64,000 nucleotides of DNA from Vicinamibacteraceae bacterium (GTDB lineage Bacteria > Acidobacteriota > Vicinamibacteria > Vicinamibacterales > UBA8438), in contig JAAXGX010000197.1 in the NCBI GenBank assembly GCA_012271165.1, positions 34,145-98,144 on the forward strand, read 5' to 3'. Every line of letters begins with the position of its first letter. Position 1 is the stretch's first letter. Positions 20,190 through 28,663 of the stretch are shown piece after piece. A model generated the notes under the pieces. That model saw only the letters and a list, made by a program, of their open reading frames with translations. It was not told the DNA's origin and did not search any database. The position numbers and the translations under genes are program-made.

Positions 20190-21341
20190 ATGCTGATCGA
20201 ATGGACCGAGTTCGTCGACTTTCTGCGGACGCGCGTCCAGGAGCTCGCCGCCACCGAGCTGGACCAGGTGCGGTACGGCAGCGTGGACCTGGCCTTCCTG
20301 CTCACCCTGGTCGTCGCGGCGGCCACCATCCTCACCATGTTCCGCCTGGTGATTCGCCGCCGCAGCCACTCGCGGCACCATTCCGGCCATCTCATCGATT
20401 ACAAGCTGCAGCGCGGCCCGGTGGTGCGGGCGCTCTACCACCTGCCGAAGCTGATCCTGATCCTGGCGGTGGTGGTGCTGCTCGTGGCCGTCTCCGACCC
20501 CTTCCTGACCGCCACCGAGGAGATCGTGGGCGACGTGGAGTCGCGAGTGCGGGTCGACCTCGTCGACACGTCGCTGTCGATGGCCTGGGAGTTCCCCGAC
20601 ACGGGCCGGTCGCGGGCCGAGGTCGCGCGCGAGGCGCACCTGCAGTTTCTGGAAATGCGCCGCGAGAAGAACGATCGGGTGTCGCTGTGGATGTTCTCGT
20701 CCTATCCCTACATGGTGGACGACTTCATCCTCGACGACGAGATCTACTACTTCCAGGTGTTCGAGGCCCCGTACGTGACGGTCAGGCTGCTGGCGCCCCA
20801 GTTCCGGAGCACGCGTGACCAGATCTACGTCCCGCCGGACAAGGTGCGGATCATCCCGACCGAGGGGACGACCAACCTCGTCCGGGCGCTGCAGTCGATC
20901 GTGAGGCACTTCGACAGCGACGAGGCGAGCGCCGGCGGCGCCGCCAACCAGCACCGCGCCGTGCTCATCATCACGGACGCGGACGTGGACGAGGTGCCGC
21001 TCGCCGAGCTCGCGGCGCTGGCCCGGCGCAACATCGTGCCGTACATGATCTACATCAACGTCGGCGACACCGACCGCAGCAGCATTTCCGCGCCGGAGTC
21101 GCCCCCGCTGGTCGACACCATTCGCGAGTACGGCGGCGACTACTTCGACGTCACCGATCAGGACAGCCTGATCCGCGCCTACGAGGCCATCGACGAGCTC
21201 GAGGCGGTGCGCGTCGACCTGACGCATCGCGCCGTCAAGACGCCCATCTACTCCCGCTTCCTGCTCGTCAGCCTGGCGCTGCTCGTGGTCGGGATTCCGG
21301 CCGGCTTCCTGGCCGAGCTGCTGTGGGGCACGCATCCCTGA
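20190..21341 (+). CDS. membrane-anchored von Willebrand factor A-like protein (BatA-like)
   Basis: The 383-aa ORF has N- and C-terminal TM segments and a DTSLSM MIDAS-like motif. Confidence 0.65.
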   Translation: MLIEWTEFVDFLRTRVQELAATELDQVRYGSVDLAFLLTLVVAAATILTMFRLVIRRRSHSRHHSGHLIDYKLQRGPVVRALYHLPKLILILAVVVLLVAVSDPFLTATEEIVGDVESRVRVDLVDTSLSMAWEFPDTGRSRAEVAREAHLQFLEMRREKNDRVSLWMFSSYPYMVDDFILDDEIYYFQVFEAPYVTVRLLAPQFRSTRDQIYVPPDKVRIIPTEGTTNLVRALQSIVRHFDSDEASAGGAANQHRAVLIITDADVDEVPLAELAALARRNIVPYMIYINVGDTDRSSISAPESPPLVDTIREYGGDYFDVTDQDSLIRAYEAIDELEAVRVDLTHRAVKTPIYSRFLLVSLALLVVGIPAGFLAELLWGTHP

Positions 21342-21381
21342 CGACGCGGCGGGTTGCGCGTGCGCGGCATCCTGGTAAAAG

Positions 21382-21852
21382 ATGAAGGGACTGGAACGCG
21401 TCGGTCAGGCGGGGAGGTGGCAGATGGGGAGCAGGGCTGTCGCGGTATCGTGCGGAGCAATCGCCGTGGTCCTCGGGCTGGCGCTCGCGGGCACGAGCGC
21501 GCTGGCGCATCATATCGAGGTCAACGAGTTCGATCGGTCCAAGGCCGTTACGCTCACCGGCGAGGTCGTCCGGGTCGAGTGGATCAACCCGCACCCCTGG
21601 ATCCACATCAGCGTCGCCGGCGACGACGGCCGGGCAGAGCGCTGGATGGTCGAAGCCGCCGCGCCGATGAACCTCCTCCGCCGCGGGTTTTCCCCCGACT
21701 CGATCCGGCCCGGCACGCTCATTACCGTCGAGGGCTACCAGTCGAAGCACGGCACCCCGCTCGCGAGCGGCCACACGCTGACCTACGCGGACGGCAGCCG
21801 GTTCTACATCGGCTACCTGGGCCTCACCGGCACGGCGGAAGCCGGCAACTGA
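21382..21852 (+). CDS. DUF6152-like small secreted protein
   Basis: The signal peptide ends in ALAHH, followed by FDRSKAVTLTGEVVRVEWINPHPWI. An alternative start is at 21424. Confidence 0.65.
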   Translation: MKGLERVGQAGRWQMGSRAVAVSCGAIAVVLGLALAGTSALAHHIEVNEFDRSKAVTLTGEVVRVEWINPHPWIHISVAGDDGRAERWMVEAAAPMNLLRRGFSPDSIRPGTLITVEGYQSKHGTPLASGHTLTYADGSRFYIGYLGLTGTAEAGN

Positions 21853-21911
21853 TCCGCGGGCGGCCCCACAAGGTCACTCTTGTTTGCCGATAGAAAGCTT
21901 ATGATCCCCGT

Positions 21912-23435
21912 GTGCCTGCGGTGCTCCTCGCCTGGATTGGTCAGACCGACCTCGACTGCGCGGCGGGGAAGCGGCAAGGCACAGGTCCCATTGCCAGCGT
22001 CGTAGCGGCCCGCGCCTTCGACGCGCTGGTGCTCCTCTCGAACTACGCAGCCGAACGAAACCGGCGGTTCACCCACTGGCTGACCGGGGCGGGCTCACCT
22101 CCCGTTCACCTCCGGTCGGAGCCCTTCGACGATCCGACCGACTATGGAGCGATCCACGACGCGGCCGTCCGGGCACTCGATTTCACCCGGGAGACGTACG
22201 GTGCGGACGCGGACCTGGCGGTACACGTCAGCCCCGGGACGCCCGCCATGCAGGCGGTCTGGGTCCTGCTTGCCAAGACCCGCTATCCCGCCGAGCTGAT
22301 CCAGTCGCACGCGCAGACCGGCGTCCGCACGGTGTCCGTGCCGTTCGACATCGCCGCCGAGTACGTGCCGGCGCTGCTGCGGGAAACGGACGAGAAGCTC
22401 GCCCGCCTGAGCGCGGGCCTGCCGCCCGCATCCCCCGCACTCGAACGGATCATCGGCCGGAGTCCGCTGATGGTGCGCGCGAGGACACGCGCGCAACGGG
22501 TGGCGCCGCACGATGTCACCGTCCTGATCGAGGGAGAGTCCGGAACCGGCAAGGAGCTGTTCGCGCGGGCGATCCACACCGGGAGCCGCCGCCTGCGCGG
22601 CCCGTTCGAGGAAGTCAACTGCGGCGCCCTGCCGGACGGACTTGTCGAGTCGCTGCTCTTCGGCCACGAGCGGGGCGCGTTCTCCGGCGCGGACCGCACC
22701 CGCGCCGGACACTTCGAGGCTGCGTCCGGCGGCACGCTCTTTCTGGACGAGGTCGGGGAGCTTCCGCTGGCCGTGCAGGTGAAGCTCCTGCGCGTGCTGC
22801 AGGAGAGAACCGTCCGCAGGCTCGGATCAGACCGCGACATCGCCGTCGACGTCCGGATCATCGCCGCGACGAACCGCGACCTGCGGGCGGAGGTTGCAGC
22901 CGGCCGGTTCCGGGAAGACCTCTTCTACCGGGTCGCCACCGGCGTGATCCGGCTGCCGTCTCTCCGTGAGCGCCCGGGCGACCTGACGCCGCTCATCGAT
23001 CACTTTCTGGCCGCGGCGAACCGCAAGTTCGCCGACCAGCCAGGTGTCGAGCAGAAGACCCTTTCTCCCCCGGCAAGAAACCTTCTGCTGCGGCACGCGT
23101 GGCCCGGCAACGTCCGCGAGCTCCAGGCGACCATCGATCGGCTCGTGCTGTGGGCGCCGAATCCAGCCGTCACCGCGGACGATGTGCAGGAGGAGCTGCT
23201 GGCGACCGTCCGGGATGCCCCGGCCGATCTCCTGGGCCGCCCCCTTGGCAACGGCCTCGAGCTCCCGAAACTCGTGGCCGATCTGGCGCGCCACTACCTC
23301 GAGCGCGCTCTCGCGGAAGCGGCCGGGAACAAGACGCGCGCCGCGGAGCTGGTCGGCTTGCCAAGCTATCAGACGTTGACGAACTGGATGAACCGCTACC
23401 AGGTGAAGGTGCCCGTCGGGAAGCGCCGACGATGA
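21912..23435 (+). CDS. sigma-54-dependent transcriptional activator with RtcR-like (CARF-type) N-terminal sensor domain
   Basis: The start is GTG. The N-terminus [31 protein letters not shown] aligns by eye with E. coli RtcR YLIHITTGTHVAQICWFLLAEARYLPARLIQS. The AAA+ domain has [14 protein letters not shown] (22674-22691) and FLDEVGEL. The C-terminus has a Fis-type HTH ([23 protein letters not shown]). Confidence 0.85.
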   Translation: MPAVLLAWIGQTDLDCAAGKRQGTGPIASVVAARAFDALVLLSNYAAERNRRFTHWLTGAGSPPVHLRSEPFDDPTDYGAIHDAAVRALDFTRETYGADADLAVHVSPGTPAMQAVWVLLAKTRYPAELIQSHAQTGVRTVSVPFDIAAEYVPALLRETDEKLARLSAGLPPASPALERIIGRSPLMVRARTRAQRVAPHDVTVLIEGESGTGKELFARAIHTGSRRLRGPFEEVNCGALPDGLVESLLFGHERGAFSGADRTRAGHFEAASGGTLFLDEVGELPLAVQVKLLRVLQERTVRRLGSDRDIAVDVRIIAATNRDLRAEVAAGRFREDLFYRVATGVIRLPSLRERPGDLTPLIDHFLAAANRKFADQPGVEQKTLSPPARNLLLRHAWPGNVRELQATIDRLVLWAPNPAVTADDVQEELLATVRDAPADLLGRPLGNGLELPKLVADLARHYLERALAEAAGNKTRAAELVGLPSYQTLTNWMNRYQVKVPVGKRRR

Positions 23436-23451
23436 TGGCACGGACGTTGCT
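23436..23451 (+). promoter_or_regulatory. sigma-54 (-24/-12) promoter P1
   Basis: TGGCACGgacgTTGCT fits the consensus TGGCACG-N4-TTGCW exactly. It lies 15 nt upstream of the conserved ATG at 23466. Confidence 0.75.
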
Positions 23452-23465
23452 ACGTAGGTGTGACG

Positions 23466-25175
23466 ATGCCGGATGAACAGCAGGACCGCGCCACCAGGGC
23501 GCCGCTGATTACCGCGTTCGAGATCGAGAACTTCAAGGGGATCGGCCGGCCCGTCCGGGTCGATCTGCGGCCCCTCACGCTGCTCTTCGGGAGCAACAGC
23601 GCGGGCAAGAGCACGATCCTCCATGCGCTGTGCTACGCCCACGAGATCCTGAGCCACCGCAACGTGGATGCGCATGCGACGGTGCTGGGCGGAGACCAGA
23701 TCGATCTGGGGGGCTTTCCCAACTTCGTCCACGGGCATGACCCGAAGCGCAAAGTGCGGCTTCGCTTCGAGTTGGACATGCGTGGTCGAGATTTGCCCGA
23801 GCTCGCCGGGCTGTATTCCGCCTCCGCGTGGGAGTTCGACGAACCTCCCCTCGTCGGTGAGTCGGCCTGGGTGGAGCTCGTGGCCGAGTGGAAGGCGGGA
23901 GTGGCGATCGTCGGAAGCTACATCGTGGGACTTGACGGAAGAACCGTCGGACGCATTGGTGCCGGGGATGGTATCGAGGCCGAACTGGTAGTCAACCTGT
24001 CGCATCCGTTGTTGGAGCGGGAGAAACGGGACGTGGCGAACGCCCTGTCAGGTACAACGAGCCAGGTAGGCGAAGGCCCCGCGTCGGAGCCGTATGGCGG
24101 GGAGTCTCAACGCTTGAAGGTGCTCTTGGGGTCCGCACTACCAAATCTTGATCGACATCTGGAGATCGACGCTGAGAGTTGGGACGATGACGAACTGCGG
24201 AGGCTCCAATACCGAGTCTCGATGCTGCTCGTGGGCGTGGGTCGCCTCTTGCGGCAAGAGGTGGCGACTCTCAGATACATTGGTCCACTGCGCGATTTGG
24301 AGTCCCGAGATGACCTGAGGCGCGGGAACCGCGGACCGTTGGCGGACGAATTCGTGCAAGAGCTGTTCTATGAGACCGTACCGCCTCCTCGGCGTTGGGC
24401 GAATGGCACTGCGGCTTGGGAGCTCCTGAACGAGAGTGCCCGGCACAACACCGAGGTCGTTCGCGATACGAGCCGCTGGTTGTCGCATGCGGATCGGCTC
24501 GATACCGGCTACGAGCTGCGCGTGCGGACCGTCGTGGAGTTGCCAGGAGACGAACCGCTGGTGGCCGGCATTCTGGATTCGAGGCAATTCAAGACAACGC
24601 GTGCCGGATCGGATCGGCCGGAGCCCGAAGCGAATCAGTCACCCAGCGAGATTTTGAGGGCCGCGGATCCGTCTCTGGTTGATGCGCTCGTCGATAGGAT
24701 CAGGAACGGCGTTCGCAGCCGAGTCGAACTCGTGTCGACCCGGATCGACCGGCCCGTGCGGACATTCGACGTCGGCGTCGGTATCTCGCAGCTCCTCCCG
24801 GTCGTCGTCGCCGCGCTCGATCCGAATCGCCCGACGATTACCGCCATCGAGCAGCCGGAACTCCACGTCCATCCCAGATTGCAGGTCGAGCTCGGTGATC
24901 TGTTCGCGCAGCGGGCCGTCAAGGGCGGGATTTTTCTCATCGAGACCCACAGCGAGCACCTCTTGCTGCGGCTCATGCGGCGCATGCGGCAAACCAGCGA
25001 CAAGACGTTGCCCGAAGGCGCCCCCGGATTGCTTCCGCAGGACGTCGCAGTGCTCTTCGTCGAGCCGGACGGCAGCGAGACATTGGTCCGAGAAATGCCG
25101 CTAAACGAACGCGGCGAACTGGTGAAGGCGTGGCCAGGGGGCTTCTTCGAGGAAGACTTGCGCGAGATCTTCTGA
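23466..25175 (+). CDS. ABC/SMC-type ATPase with DUF3696-like C-terminal tail (cassette 1)
   Basis: The ORF track starts at GTG 23460. I prefer the ATG at 23466 because it is conserved in cassette 2 and lies downstream of the predicted sigma-54 transcription start. The motifs are Walker A GSNSAGKST, YIGPLR, ITAIEQPELHVHP, ETHSEH and WPGGFFEE. Confidence 0.85.
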   Translation: MPDEQQDRATRAPLITAFEIENFKGIGRPVRVDLRPLTLLFGSNSAGKSTILHALCYAHEILSHRNVDAHATVLGGDQIDLGGFPNFVHGHDPKRKVRLRFELDMRGRDLPELAGLYSASAWEFDEPPLVGESAWVELVAEWKAGVAIVGSYIVGLDGRTVGRIGAGDGIEAELVVNLSHPLLEREKRDVANALSGTTSQVGEGPASEPYGGESQRLKVLLGSALPNLDRHLEIDAESWDDDELRRLQYRVSMLLVGVGRLLRQEVATLRYIGPLRDLESRDDLRRGNRGPLADEFVQELFYETVPPPRRWANGTAAWELLNESARHNTEVVRDTSRWLSHADRLDTGYELRVRTVVELPGDEPLVAGILDSRQFKTTRAGSDRPEPEANQSPSEILRAADPSLVDALVDRIRNGVRSRVELVSTRIDRPVRTFDVGVGISQLLPVVVAALDPNRPTITAIEQPELHVHPRLQVELGDLFAQRAVKGGIFLIETHSEHLLLRLMRRMRQTSDKTLPEGAPGLLPQDVAVLFVEPDGSETLVREMPLNERGELVKAWPGGFFEEDLREIF

Positions 25176-26107
25176 TGCCGCTGCTCGCCGACTACGCCAT
25201 CACGCCCGACGTGTTCGATGTGGCCTCGTACTCGAGCTCGGGCGAGTGTGAGGCCCGCTTGGACAACATCCGGCAAGTCATGCTCACCGAGGGGGTCGTT
25301 CGCGACTTCCGCGATGGGGAGTGGCATGCCACTTTCAAACCCGACGCGCGTCAATGGCACCGTCGAGGCGCGGAGCTCGTCAAGAAGCTGGCCACGCAGG
25401 GACGGCTCGTTCCGTATCCGCCGGCGCTGCCCGATCCGCCCCTGAACGATCGAGACTGGTGCGCCGAGGCCCTGGCGACCCACGAGCGGAGGCCGCTCAC
25501 CGGCGGCGTGATCGTGACGGAGTCGGTCAAGGACTGCTACCGGAACGAGCAGGCGGTCGCCCGCATCGACCGGTTGCCGAGCGCACCGTGGTGGGCTGCG
25601 AGAAGCCCGTCAGTCCGGCTGGCCCGGACCCTTGCCGAATACGAGACGCATCTCGATCCGATCCTGCGCTGTTCCAACTCGCTCATGTTCATCGATCCGC
25701 ATCTGGACCCCGCCAAGCCGAGGTACGGAGGATTCGGCACGCTCCTGCAGCGCGCCGGACTGAGGACGCCCGCGCCACGAATCGAGATCCACCGTGTGTG
25801 CTATGAGGGCGCTGGTCGAGGCCGGTGGTTCCCGGATTTCGGACCCGCGTTCCGTGGTGCTCTGACCGAATCGTTGCGCGTCGCCGGTCTCACCGCAACC
25901 GTTCACATATGGGACGATTTCCACGATCGCTACCTGATCAGCAACCTCATCGGAATCTCGTTGCCGAACGGCTTCGATACCTCCAGCGCCCCCGCTACCG
26001 TTACGACATGGCCTCGACTCGGAAGGAGAGACCGTGACGATATACAGCGGGAGTTCGATCCGGCCGCCCGACGACATGCTCTGCGAGACTGCTTCGAGGT
26101 TCCATAA
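25175..26107 (+). CDS. uncharacterised partner protein of cassette 1 (DPH ... H-x-R-Y motif family)
   Basis: The start MPLLADYAITPDVF comes from a TGATG stop/start overlap. It is homologous to 28663-29610 through shared blocks ([DE]YA[IV].PD, F[IV]DPH..P, H[DN]RY[LI][IL][ST]). Confidence 0.75.
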   Translation: MPLLADYAITPDVFDVASYSSSGECEARLDNIRQVMLTEGVVRDFRDGEWHATFKPDARQWHRRGAELVKKLATQGRLVPYPPALPDPPLNDRDWCAEALATHERRPLTGGVIVTESVKDCYRNEQAVARIDRLPSAPWWAARSPSVRLARTLAEYETHLDPILRCSNSLMFIDPHLDPAKPRYGGFGTLLQRAGLRTPAPRIEIHRVCYEGAGRGRWFPDFGPAFRGALTESLRVAGLTATVHIWDDFHDRYLISNLIGISLPNGFDTSSAPATVTTWPRLGRRDRDDIQREFDPAARRHALRDCFEVP

Positions 26108-26194
26108 GTAGACTTCAGCGCTGGCCAGATATTGAACCCTGTTAACCGGACGAACCGCTACCGTATGATGCTCGGCGAAGTGACTCGCAGATGA

Positions 26195-26210
26195 TGGCGC
26201 GCCCTTTGCT
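26195..26210 (+). promoter_or_regulatory. sigma-54 (-24/-12) promoter P2
   Basis: TGGCGCGccctTTGCT has one mismatch to the consensus. Its spacing to the conserved ATG at 26225 is the same as for P1. Confidence 0.65.
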
Positions 26211-26224
26211 CGATGAGTGTGACG

Positions 26225-28663
26225 ATGCCGGATGAACACAATCGCCGTACCGAGGCCGAGCGGTCGAGGCCGCTTGCGGAAGCCCCGGGCGATGGGGTAG
26301 GGACCGGAGACTCGGCGTCGCCGGGGAGGTCGTCGCTCATTACCGCCGTCGAGATCGAGAACTTCAAGGGGATAGGCCGGCCGGTCCGCGTAGATCTACG
26401 CCCGATCACGCTGCTCTTCGGGCGCAACAGCGCCGGCAAGAGCACGATCCTCCACGCGCTCTGCTACGCACACGAGATCCTGAGCCATCGCTCTGTTGAT
26501 GCCCGCAAGACCGAGCTTGGGGGCGACCAGATCGACCTGGGCAGCTTCCACACCTTGGTCCACGGGCACGATCGGGACCGGACTGTCCGGCTGCGCTTCG
26601 AGTTGAACCTCGAGAAGTGGCGGGTACCCGATCCGCTGTGGGACAAGATCGATTCTCCCATCGAGATCGATGGGATGGGTGACTCCGGACTTACGGAACT
26701 GTCAGGAACGGTCAAGACTGGATGGGTGGAGCTGAAGGTCAACGGGCGACACGGGCGGCCTGAGTTGGTCAGCTACGAGGTGGGCGTCAATGGTGCGCTG
26801 GTCGGCCGCTTTCTCGCGACCGACAGAGCACGAACAGTGCTGGAATTCAACTCGGCACATTCCTTGCTGCACGTTGCGTTTCGGCCGCCTCGCCCGTTTG
26901 CGTCGACCATGGGGGCGCCGGAGCGAGAAGTGTCGGCCGGCCATCAGGGATCCAACGCAGACCGGGTGCGTGAAGCAGCCGGCCCGAAGCCCGACGACTC
27001 GCAGCCGTGTCGCGTGACCGTGCACGAGCTAGCCGCTCCCTTGCCGTATTGGCAGGAGCTCTTGCGCTTCGATGAGCGTGAATTGGAACGTGGTGTCGAC
27101 TACGTCGATGTGCCGCACTTCAGCGTGCTGGCGTCGGCCCTGCTCGTCGGCATCGGGCATGACCTGCAGAGCGAGTTGGCTGCGTGGCGATACATCGGCC
27201 CGATCCGCAATCTGCATCCACACCGCGACGTCAAGTCCCGGACACCCGACATTTCGCAATGGGTCGACGGATCGGCCGCCTGGACGCACCTTCTTGGCAG
27301 CGCCGGTCCGGGACTGATCGATGAGGTAAGCGCCTGGCTTGCGCGCGCCGACCGGCTCGACACCGGCTATGCGCTGCGTGCCCGGTCCATCCTGAGAATC
27401 AGCGAAGGAGATGCGAAGCTGGCCTCTGCGATGCGAGAGTACCATCAGCTCAAGAAGAGGTTCGGAAGTGCGGGCGGAGCAGTCGACCTTGACGCCTGGG
27501 TACGTCAGCAGGCAGAGAACCTCGTCGGCAGCGTGGAGGGTGCGATACGCGTCGCTACGGCCATGTGCCGCCAGATGCGGGCGCGATTCGCCGACGTCAC
27601 GAGAGTTGATCAGGCCGACTACCTCGAGGTCGAGGTGCAGGAGGCCGCGCAAGGGACGGAATTGGTCGACCGGTACCGGCAGCACCTGTGCCATTGGGGA
27701 TCTGTGGACGCGATCGAGGTGCGGATCAAGGCGCGTAGCAACGACGAGATCCAGATTCCTGCAACATGGCCATCCGAGGACCACCACCGTCTGGCTGAGA
27801 TAATCGCCAGGCTGGATGGACGCGACAAGTACCGCGAGGAGATACGGCGGCTCAAAGCCAAGGATGATGACTCTGCGGAACTGCTCGCGGAGTGTGATCG
27901 CAGGCTTGCCGAGCTCTCTGGCGATGATCAGTCTGGAGACGAAGTGCTCGAAGCGAAGGTCCTGATCGAGAACGTGAGGGCCAAGACCAGGGAGATGGCG
28001 GCTGTCTATGCCGCTGGCGGGAACGTCGAGTGGAGCGAGACGCAACTCAAAGTGTCCGGCATCGACGAGCTCGAGGCACGCGTGGAGCTGACGCGGAAGG
28101 ACTATCGCCAAGTGGCCGGACTCGTCGCCAAGATGGAACGACGCGACTTCACGTCGGCGGAGCTCGACGAGCTCGCCGCAGCCGTTGGGGCCAGCCCGCG
28201 TGAGCGAGAGCTCCAGCTCGTTACCAACGCGACGGGACTGCCTGTATGGACATCTGACATCGGCACTGGCATCTCCCAGATCCTGCCCGTGGTCGTTGCT
28301 GCCCTCGATCCCGATCGTCCCGGAATCACCGCCATCGAGCAGCCCGAGCTGCACGTCCATCCCAAGATGCAGGTGGAGCTGGGTGACCTCTTTGCGCAAC
28401 GCCTCGACCAGGGCGGAGTCTTCCTCATCGAGACCCATAGCGAGCACCTGATGCTGCGCCTGCTGCGCCGCATCGAGGAGACACACAGCGGGGAACTGCT
28501 GGACGGAAAGCCGCCCCTGAGGCCGGAGCAGGTTTCCGTCGTGTTCGTGGAGCAGATCGACGGTGAAGTCAGGACTACGCCGCTACGGATCGACGAAACG
28601 GGCGAATTCAAGGACCGCTGGCCGCACGGGTTCTTCCACGAGCGTGCCGATGAGCTCTTCTGA
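26225..28663 (+). CDS. ABC/SMC-type ATPase with DUF3696-like tail and a long charged helical insertion (cassette 2)
   Basis: The ORF track starts at 26213, and the conserved ATG is at 26225. The motifs are Walker A GRNSAGKST, YIGPIR, ITAIEQPELHVHP, ETHSEH and WPHGFFHE. It is about 250 aa longer than the cassette 1 ATPase. Confidence 0.85.
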   Translation: MPDEHNRRTEAERSRPLAEAPGDGVGTGDSASPGRSSLITAVEIENFKGIGRPVRVDLRPITLLFGRNSAGKSTILHALCYAHEILSHRSVDARKTELGGDQIDLGSFHTLVHGHDRDRTVRLRFELNLEKWRVPDPLWDKIDSPIEIDGMGDSGLTELSGTVKTGWVELKVNGRHGRPELVSYEVGVNGALVGRFLATDRARTVLEFNSAHSLLHVAFRPPRPFASTMGAPEREVSAGHQGSNADRVREAAGPKPDDSQPCRVTVHELAAPLPYWQELLRFDERELERGVDYVDVPHFSVLASALLVGIGHDLQSELAAWRYIGPIRNLHPHRDVKSRTPDISQWVDGSAAWTHLLGSAGPGLIDEVSAWLARADRLDTGYALRARSILRISEGDAKLASAMREYHQLKKRFGSAGGAVDLDAWVRQQAENLVGSVEGAIRVATAMCRQMRARFADVTRVDQADYLEVEVQEAAQGTELVDRYRQHLCHWGSVDAIEVRIKARSNDEIQIPATWPSEDHHRLAEIIARLDGRDKYREEIRRLKAKDDDSAELLAECDRRLAELSGDDQSGDEVLEAKVLIENVRAKTREMAAVYAAGGNVEWSETQLKVSGIDELEARVELTRKDYRQVAGLVAKMERRDFTSAELDELAAAVGASPRERELQLVTNATGLPVWTSDIGTGISQILPVVVAALDPDRPGITAIEQPELHVHPKMQVELGDLFAQRLDQGGVFLIETHSEHLMLRLLRRIEETHSGELLDGKPPLRPEQVSVVFVEQIDGEVRTTPLRIDETGEFKDRWPHGFFHERADELF

